In this document: positions 55,444-64,000 of the stretch, piece by piece
Layout: the number at the start of each line of letters is the position of its first letter
How positions within the stretch are numbered: position 1 is the stretch's first letter
From: Eukaryota sp. TZLM1-RC
Taxonomy: Eukaryota; Protista; Metamonada: BaSk clade
Length of the DNA: 64,000 nt
Reading direction: 5' to 3'
Assembly: GCA_040285825.1 (NCBI GenBank)
Contig: JAUPSS010000008.1
Coordinates: 744,001 to 808,000, forward strand
Made by a program: the position numbers and the translations under genes
Notes under the pieces: model-generated
What the model was told of the DNA's origin: nothing
The model's database searches: none
What the model saw: only the letters and a program-made list of their open reading frames with translations

Positions 55444-56127
55444 TTATTTGGCACGCCGTTTTCGATGGACAAAACTAACATGATCTTGGTAATCTAATGA
55501 CAACTGTGAACTCTGAGAGAGAGATTGTGAAGACAAAGTCTCTGTTAGTGTTGAGCTATTTGTGCTTGATGGGCTTTCAACTTCATCACCTTCATTGAGG
55601 ACAACTTTACGCCACAAAGACTGTAAAGGCTGACTCAGTGAAAGATCTCCTTCATTGACATGTTTAGCTCGTCTCACAAGTTTGTTGCTTATAGATGAAT
55701 TCAATGCACAAAGACACTTAAACATAGGCAAAGTGAAATAATCTTTTAACACAACCGCAGAATCCTTTACTAGAGAACAACTGATAGGCCAATCGAAAAC
55801 CAATGGATCCTTAGAAACAGAAAGTGTGTATTTCAGTTGTGTAGGAGTTATTAATTTAATATCAGATGAAATACCAGCTTCACTCTTTGAAAACCATTGA
55901 ATTATCATAGGGAGGAACGTTGCGTTTTCTTCGACAATAAATGACATTTGAGAACGTTCCCTAAGGGCTTGTATGACATCTTCATCCTGTGAACCATACC
56001 AGCAATGGATCATGTCTGTGACAAGAAGAGAAATAAATGAAGAGTTTGCAAAGCTTTTTGCATAGAATATAGTACCATCACTGGTTTTACAGATGTAGAA
56101 AGGTGATAACGGTAGCAGTTCATTCAT
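55444..56127 (-). CDS. NHEJ1: XLF/Cernunnos-like non-homologous end-joining factor (XRCC4 superfamily)
   Basis: Collinear match to the XLF head-domain pattern: FYAKSF, SLLVTDMIHCW, LVFDWPISCSL, YFTLPMFKCLCAL. Ser-rich tail ending in basic HRKRRAK. Confidence 0.75.
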   Translation of the reverse strand: MNELLPLSPFYICKTSDGTIFYAKSFANSSFISLLVTDMIHCWYGSQDEDVIQALRERSQMSFIVEENATFLPMIIQWFSKSEAGISSDIKLITPTQLKYTLSVSKDPLVFDWPISCSLVKDSAVVLKDYFTLPMFKCLCALNSSISNKLVRRAKHVNEGDLSLSQPLQSLWRKVVLNEGDEVESPSSTNSSTLTETLSSQSLSQSSQLSLDYQDHVSFVHRKRRAK

Positions 56128-56599
56128 GTGTGTTAAAAGTATCCTCTGACAACAGAGGTTCTATAAACAATTTCAAATTACAATTGTTAATCAGATGGTA
56201 ATTCAAAATCAATCATTTTAATTAGCATATTTCTCAATCAATAATTTCCACTCCAACAGTTTTCATGTTTCATCAATAATGGACGTGTCAAATACTATCT
56301 CCATTCTGTCATCATTTCCTAAATAACTATGTTTATTATTATTAAACGGAACGATTTGGTTCAAGAGGATAGTTATTATGAGACATGGTATCCTTTTATT
56401 CATATAATTGTACAAGTACAGCAGAAATTTTCTACTTTAAGCATAAACCATTTGTTTAAACGCCATATCTGTTTACAAAACGAACAGTGGCATCACCCTA
56501 GCAAAAAGGATGGTTATATGAGTCTAAATTTGAATGAGTGAAATGAGATATTGAAAAACACATCAAATTTGATATTTTAAAATTGTGTTATTCTGAAAA

Positions 56600-57905
56600 A
56601 TTCATTCTTATTTTAAGGTCCACTCCCCCTTCAGCATCTCTTCATTTTTGTAAATCTTTCAACAAACTGCGGGTCAATTTTTTTCTTCTTTATTGAAAGT
56701 AAATGAATCTTTAATTCAAAGTCATGTATTTTGTTCTGCGGATTTAGGTGGAATAGGTTTCACTAAATCTGTCATTTTTATGTAAAGTGGCTATTCTCGG
56801 AGGTGGAAAAATTTTATTTTTGAATTTTTCCAAAGTCTCCCTTATGATGTTCATATGATCCATGGTGAATCAAATTTGTATTTAAATCAACTTCAATTTG
56901 AATTAGATCATTTGCCCACTGACATCTGGATTCAGTGTTTTCCTCAGAATGTTCAAGAGATTCCCAACCGATCACTCCCAAATTTACATTTTTGCATGAA
57001 AAAGCTTCAACACCATCTGGTTAAATTATATGAAGGCTTGGATTATGAAGTAAGACTTGACTTGGCCAAAACTAAAAATCCCGCATTCGGTAATTTTTTA
57101 AAGGATATTTGTGATAGCTCTGCTGCTGCTTTAGTAACTCAAATTTCCTCTGTTTATAGACTTTTGTTAAAAAACAATGAATGGCTTTTAAACATGCGTT
57201 TTCGTTGTTTTCTGTGGCCAAACAATTTGCCCAATCATTTAACTCGTAAATGTGGTAAACCACTTCTGTTTACTCATCTTTTGAACTGTAGACATTTTAT
57301 CATATTTAGAAGCAAAGTGCGTAATAACGTCAGGAACCAAATTTATGTAATGTGTAGATCATGTCGAGTAGATTTTTTTCATAGCCTTTGTTATCAAAAT
57401 TAATTCTTAATGACCCCAATATTGATAGTACGCGCTACAACAGAGCTTCTATGGGTCTGACAAGAGGTGATCTGGTTGTTCCCGGCTTAAATGGTAGTTT
57501 TACTATTTTAGATGTCATGTCCATTGACCCTTGTAATTCTTCCAACGAACATTTAACTCAGATGTAAATAATCCTCTTCTTACTGGCAAAAAATACAAAA
57601 TTGCTAAATATGCTAAACCTGTTTCTTCTGTAAATGAAAATTCTCATGTCCAATATAATTTATGTCCTTTGGCTTTTTCCTTGCTTGGATCCTTAGGTAA
57701 GGCTGCTATGGCTTTCCTCGAGGACTTTGATGTAGTTGTAAAGGAAAGAACTGGAAGAGTTTTTTATCGTGTTTATTGGCAAAACAGATTGTTTTTTCTA
57801 TTTTTATGGGAATGGTAAAACTAATTTCTGATTCACTCACTTCTTTTGGGAATTTTTCTGACTCTTTAGCAATTAATTGTTTTGATGTAGGAGAGGCAGG
57901 CTTTA
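56600..57905 (+). mobile_element. CRE-like family C copy, 5'-truncated and decayed
   Basis: DLGGIG, IWIQCFP, KCG..HLLNC and TRGDLVVP motifs. Highly similar to 27780-28935. Confidence 0.85.
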
Positions 57906-58204
57906 ATTTGTAAATGTAATCGAAAAATTACAATTACTCACTTGCTAAGTGGTAAACATTGTATTACATTTAGAGCAAGGTTCGTGATGCTATAAGAAAC
58001 CAAATATATTGTATGCGCAGCTCTCATAGAATTGAATCCCTTTTGGACCCACTTTTGTAAAAGCTGTTTGAGGAAGAACACGATTGTCATAAGATATATA
58101 TAGATGTTATTACAATTTAATTTCAATCAATGTAAAAATCTGTTGAGACTTGTGATGACTCTTATAAAGGTTACTTAATTTACTTTAATTTAATGTACTG
58201 CATA

Positions 58205-58560
58205 ATCTTTACTAAAATCTGAAAATTCAAAATGAGAAAATATAATGAACCTTTATCCACATTGTCCATCCAACGGCATGTAAAATACAATTTGTATATT
58301 ACTTGTATTTTTTACTTGGTTCACTTGTCCCCATTGCCCTACTTTTTTTGACAGATTTTGAACTGATTGTTAAAAATAGCACCAATAGAGATTTTGACAT
58401 ATTATTTTGGCAGATTATTTTTGCTAATTTTATTTCGAAAAACATTGTTGAAGATGGTTTCTCCTCCGTTGCTTTCACTTGATTTGTCTCACTATCGCAG
58501 GGCTGGATCTAGTGGTTTTGTTCTGGAGGAGAGGCATCATTGATATGTGTATTTATAGGA
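58205..58560 (+). mobile_element. CRE-like family D 3' remnant
   Basis: Similar to 63570-63900 (ENSKMRKYNEPLS.LS.Q.H.KYNLY). Confidence 0.65.
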
Positions 58561-58697
58561 GCTATGAAATCCATCATTTGATTGTAATTAGGGTTGTTGA
58601 CCAAAAATAAATGATTGTGCATCAATATATTTCTGCATTTATAATTTTCTGGAGATTTCTCCATAGACTACCGCACTGTATTGTTCTTATGTGTTTC

Positions 58698-59480
58698 GTC
58701 TATGTTTTTGGACAAGTTTTTTGATTGTGGCCTGGGTATCCACAAAGTCCACAAACACTGCGAGCTCTTGTTTCGGCAGCAGCTAAATCAACAAAGCTAG
58801 GATCACGCTGAGTCGATGTCTTTTTTGTTTCTGCTGCGGCAGGTCTTATTCTTTTTCTGCGTGTTGTTGAAGCAGTTGGTTGTAATGGTCTTTGTGAAAC
58901 TATTGCAATCACTTACTTCATTTTGTTGACAGCATACTCCCTTTGTAATTCTGAAAGACCTTGGACTTGGTGGACAACTAGAGGCAATAAGTGGTCCAAC
59001 ATATGTTTGACAAACCCTACTTCTTCACCAATATTGTCTGTGTATAAACGCCACTGAGGATGAAAATCTTGAACAGATAGCTGTTGTCTGTTTACAATTG
59101 TTGTCAATGACGGAAAACCTTTGGAAAAAACTTTATCGTCATGTGACTCAATAAATACAGATCTGTGGTCTACCTCTATTTTTGACAACTGATAATCATA
59201 TTCCATCATATCTTCGATGGCATATTAGGAGACTTGTTGAATGACCTTGAAATCAGTGAATTCTGGCAAATTCTGACGACAATGACAACTGGGCATCTAT
59301 CCATTGATTTTCCACAAATCTGTTCATTGCATTCACAACCTGCGATATTCAAAATGATGTTTCTCAACTCATTTGGGTTCAGGGTCATAAAGGGTTATAG
59401 AACAATCATTTTTTGAGCAACAATCATTCTATTTGGTTTTTCCATCAAATGGTGGATTTTCATAGCCAATTATTTATAAG
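58698..59480 (-). pseudogene. MULE transposase C-terminal remnant
   Basis: FHPQWRL, TQRDPSF and terminal knuckle CGLCGYPGHNQKTC are typical of MULE C-termini. No TIR or TSD found. Confidence 0.65.
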
Positions 59481-59494
59481 GGATTGAATTTGAT

Positions 59495-62000
59495 TTATTT
59501 ATTAAAAAAATAACAAAACATAACAAAACAAACTAAAACACATAAGAAACAAAATTCTCCACGCCAACTCTTGATGAATCCTTATACAGCTTGGACATCA
59601 TTAAACCCAAGTACTTGGGAACACTTCTGTACAAAGCGAAAATGATACGATTCTTCCATAATTCCCTGCAAAATTCTTACCACTTGAACGACATAAATTA
59701 CCAAAATCATTGATAAAATTCAAGGCGGACTGTCCAATGTTGCCAAAAATCGAAAAGGCAAAAGGAACAAACGAAAACTTCGAGTAAAGATTCTTATTTA
59801 AATCATTTAATATCTCGCTATATTTATCTCTTTTACGATCTTCAGCCTTGTTTAAATGACCATTAGCACTAAGTAAAACATCATCACGATAAATAATAGC
59901 AAAGGGATCAACTGTAGTAAAATCAACAACAACTTGCGAGGAATCCACAGAAGGAGCAATTAAATCACGTCGACGTGAATTAAACAGATTATTATCGCTA
60001 TAATGCTTCAACAACGGTTCTACTTTGCAAGTAAAATTGTAACACTTGAACATCTCATATGTCACATCACGAACGACATTATGAAGAACTGACCGATATT
60101 GAAGGAACTTCTTACAACTAACAATATGACGGAAATTGGCAGTGGGTTTTTCGTTACAAATACAAACAGAATTATCCAAAAGACCACTTGGATACAGCCC
60201 CAATCTCAACCGCATGTTTTGTTTCCATGCTTCATTTGTTAAGTGAAGACCAAATGGCCTTGGTTGCTGAGATATTAAACTAGTGCAGTTCTGGATGTCT
60301 GATAAAAAGGCAGCAAAGACGGGATTATTAATCTTAGTCACACTAAGTCGTTTAGAAAAATCCAGGTCTTCAAAACCAATTAGAACAGACTTCTGTAATT
60401 TCACAACAGCAAGATGAAGATTGGTAAAAGATCTCGAAGGTACATAGGGCAAACTTGAAGGAAAACACTTATTCCACACATCAACAGGTAGTTTCTGCAC
60501 CATGTTTTCAAGAGAAATTAATGAAGGATGTGATTCATTCAAAGGATTATGATCAAAACGAAGTTTCCACTCAAAAAGAAAATTTTTCATACCACCAACA
60601 AAAGCACTTTTGCATAAATACTCTGCTTTTGAAAAACCAACTCCACCAAATTTAGGACTAAAAAATGCATGATAAAGAATTTTTGATGGACAAACTTCTA
60701 CTAAATCTCCCACGAAATTTGTTCTCAAAGTATTAAATTGACGTGCAAAATCATGAGAAATTGTGGGGGATAAAGAACGAAGAAGGTGATTAATTTTTGA
60801 TCCAAAACACACATTTAGGACCGCAAACGCTAAATGTTTGTCAATTTCTAGATCTTGAATAGCTAAAAGTTGCTCTTCGATTTTTCCCAAAATACTCGAC
60901 AAAATCGAATTAACTTTTTCACAATTTCCAAAATAAGAGCCAAGAAAACGAATCGCATCTTCCTCATAATCAACGTATTTGATAAAAGTTTCATTAAATG
61001 CTACCTCTGCATTCTGATTTCCAATAATGAAACACTTGGGCAATTTAATATCTAACCCTATTTGTTTGGACAGAAAAACGAAATGTTGTAACCTGTGCTG
61101 TAAAAGAGACAAAGGGCCGATAAGGGATAAATCATCTGCATAAGCACATATATGAATGTCAGGAAAATCCAACATAAATTTTACCAAAACTGATTGCAGT
61201 GCTAAGCAAAAGAAAAATGGACCCAATGGATCCCCTTGTTTGACGCCTCTTGACGAAACAATATTCTCAGAATGAAAAATTAAGTTAGAGGGTGATCCAT
61301 ACATCAATTTAAAATACGGCAAAAGTGGAGGATAATGTAGTTCAAGTTCTTGTAAAATACTTGAGCGAAAAACCGAGTTGAAAGCATTTTTAAAATCAAT
61401 ATTCAATTAATAATTTTTGCCTTTTTGATTGAAAAGAAAATCTGTACACAACGCAGCACAAGTTGTGCCATCAGGAATTCCAATAGCAAACTGATAAGGA
61501 CGAAAAAAATAAATTGCGGATGACTTAAAAAAAATAATTGCTAATAATCTCATTATGGACTCACCAACAGCAATAGGTCTGACACCACCTCCAGGCTTAC
61601 TTAAAGCAACTAAACGAGATGCCGTTAACGCTGGTGGTAATTTGAAACGTCCCATGATAACACTATTAAAAAAGAAAGCTAAATCATCCACGATTTCTGG
61701 ACATATGTTGACGGATCAAATGATCATAACTAAGTCCAGAAGGCCCAGCAGAACGACCAGACGGAAGTCCTTTAATAGCTACACTAAGTTCATCACAAGT
61801 TATAGGATTAGCAGTGAAGAAATCACGTTCAGTATCAGAGACAATGTGATTTATGGTGAAGTCTTCAGGTAGATGAAGAGAATTTAAAGAATCCAAAGTT
61901 TCATCATTGAAGGCAGCAGGAGAAGAACCAGCCAATAATTTAAGAGCTGAAGAGTATTGCGAACGAAGAATCAAAGACTCAAAACGTTGTTTTACATTTT
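59495..62000 (-). mobile_element. CRE-like non-LTR retrotransposon, family E, nearly complete RT-RLE region with few lesions
   Basis: SAGPSG, SRLVALSKPGGGVRPIAVGE, IDFKNAFNSV, GVKQGDPLGP, AYADD, FGGVG, CICN..HIVSC and RRDLI..VVVDFT..KRDKY motifs. Confidence 0.92.
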
Positions 62001-62043
62001 TATTGAATTTTCATTATTTAAGCCAAATTTTGTGATAATTGCA

Positions 62044-62115
62044 GTTCTCGTGGCGCAATGGAAGCGCATCAGCCTCCGGAGCTGAAGGTTTCGGGTTCGA
62101 ACCCCGACGGGAACG
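62044..62115 (+). tRNA. tRNA-Arg (anticodon CCG)
   Basis: Acceptor stem GTTCTCG/CGGGAAC, D-stem GCGC/GCGC, anticodon stem TCAGC/GCTGA with loop CTCCGGA, T-arm TCGGG-TTCGAAC-CCCGA, followed by TTTT. Confidence 0.95.
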
Positions 62116-62384
62116 ATTTTGATGTAGTGAAAGCTACATCTCAATCTCGAATAGCATTCTGCAGTGTCAAGGTAGTGGACTTAGTTGAAAATATGTATGG
62201 ACGTTTTGGAACGATTGCAAAGTATCTTCTTGATGATTTTGAAAATTTTGTAAAAACAGGAATGAATTAGCGTTTTGATCGTCGTTTGTGGTTGAATCGT
62301 ATTGTTTTACTTTTTCAAAACAATTCCAAAAAGTAGTTGCTTTAATGGATGATATATCCCTGATTGGTTCGTTTGATTACTGTA

Positions 62385-62876
62385 TATTTATTGAATTTGC
62401 ACACTTAATTAAAATAATTCATAACCAATGGGACGAATATCATTAAACCAAGATTTCCTCTACAAAATCTTGATCTGCTTGCTGTCTAGCTAAAGCTTCT
62501 CTTATTCGATTGAAAAACTGAGGTAATCTATTAATAATGGCAAATTGAATTCGAGAGCGCCATAAAAAATTATCAAATCTTTTCATTGTTTTTTCTTGAA
62601 TTATTTTCGGAAGTCATTCAAAAAAGTTTCTGCTTCTACTGGTAGTCTTCCGTTTATCGAAAATGAGAAAGCAATAAAAACTAGCTGTGTATTTCAACCA
62701 GCATTAGCTTCTTCGATATCTTTGTCATATTTTCTATGTTTTTCTTTTGCTTTAAAATCAAGAGCACTCACAGGATTAAGTTTTCTTCTGTAAACCAAAG
62801 TATCATTTGCAACATTACATGAGACAAAGTCAACAATAGATTCAGAATTATCAATCCAATCACAGTATACATCACA
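62385..62876 (-). mobile_element. CRE-like family A 3' fragment
   Basis: Reverse-complement match to 52368-52860 (DVYCDWIDNSE...FVEEILV* and AATAAA). Confidence 0.88.
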
Positions 62877-63945
62877 ACTTCTCAAGTTACAGTCCATATT
62901 TGAATGAGTTATCTTGTGAACTCGATAGATTGCCGCCACAAATTTGGACCAAATGTTTTCCCCAATCAATTCAAGAAATCGCAAACCGATTTCCTTTTAC
63001 TTTGCAGTTTTGCTGTAGAAAACTTCAACAAAAATTGTCAAAGATTTTTTAAAGCTTGGATTTTGATTTTAGACTTGGCTTGTACAAGAAAAAGAATCTC
63101 GCTTTCGCAAATTTTTTACAAGATATGTGCGATAGTACATCTTCTGCCTTAGTAACAACAATTCCTCAAGTTCATGGCACTCTCTTAACCGATTCTGCTT
63201 GGACTTTGAATATGAGATTTCGTTCCTTTATCTGGCCTGATAATTTGCCCCATAATTCAATTTGAAAATGTTCTCGAACAATTACATCTACTCATTTGTT
63301 AAATTGTAAACATTTTTTTACTTTTAGAAGCAAGGTTCACGATGCTGAAAGAAACCAATTTTATTGTATGTGTAAGTCTCATAGAATTGAATCCTATTTG
63401 GAACCTCTGTTGAATCAGTTTGATACTGAAGATGATTTTCATAAGAATAATAGAGGTGAAGTCATATTACCTGGAATAGATGGAACCTTCATTTTGGTGG
63501 ATGTAGTGTCTGTTGATCCTTGTAATGCCTCAAATGAAAGGCTTGCTAATTCTGAATTTCATAATCCTCTTTCAAATGCTGAAAATTTCAAACTCAAAAA
63601 ATACAGTGAACCTTTGTCCAAATTGTCCAGCCAACAGCATGCAAAATACAATTTGTATCCAGTTGTATTTTTTCTATTTGGTTCGCTTGCTCCAACGGCT
63701 ATACGTTTTTGGCGGATTTTGAATTGATTGTAAAGAGAAGAACTAACAGAAATTACCACAGATTGTTTTGGCAAAATAGAATTGTGTTTTCTATTTTTAA
63801 GGAGATGTTGAAGATGCTTTCTGATGCTTTGCTTTTGCTTGGATCTCACTATGAGAGAGTTGTATCTAGTTGTTTTGTTTTGGACAGATTTGTGATTTAG
63901 TTGTTGATTTATAAGTTGTTTAATAAATAAATAATGATTAAAAAA
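62877..63945 (+). mobile_element. CRE-like family D copy, 5'-truncated
   Basis: IWTKCFP, HLLNCK, NRGEVILP..ILVDV..K.KKY and FWQNRIVF motifs. 3' AATAAA at ~63922. Confidence 0.85.
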
Positions 63946-64000
63946 TTCCTAAGATGATTTCTGAAGTTCTGATGTTTGTCAGTGCACATTACGAAGACAT

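Noticed and set aside
62385-63945. Twin-priming inversion at the back-to-back CRE junction (~62877)
   Set aside because: The two arms belong to different families (A and D) and no shared TSD is visible.

Overview
AT-rich eukaryotic genomic DNA using the standard code, from an anaerobic, probably flagellated protist. A metamonad-like identity is an inference from a PFO with no targeting peptide, 28-34 nt introns with a fixed branch-point position, and PKD2. About 13 compact host genes (PKD2-like channel, MED6, NOP53, OFA-family MFS transporter, a five-intron PFO-flavodoxin fusion, APD-like membrane protein, SGF29-like Tudor protein, Tul1-like RING ligase, HEMK2/MTQ2, DUSP, XLF/NHEJ1 and two unknowns) plus tRNA-Arg(CCG) lie among heavily nested, decayed mobile elements. 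These include about 13 copies of at least five CRE-like RT-RLE non-LTR families, a Ty3/Gypsy element with an extra 558-aa upstream ORF, a chromodomain-integrase/LTR remnant, two ~1.4-kb non-autonomous LTR elements with 4-bp TSDs, and two TIR-bounded MULE derivatives with 8-bp TSDs. The most notable observation is two independently decayed Fanzor (eukaryotic TnpB) 3' modules at ~26.1-26.7 kb (-) and ~40.4-40.9 kb (+). Both keep RuvC/zinc-finger motifs and a conserved, foldable 3' tail resembling an omegaRNA, and each sits directly upstream of a host gene in the same orientation. All family assignments come from motif recognition by eye; no searches were run, and boundaries of decayed elements are approximate unless a TSD is given.
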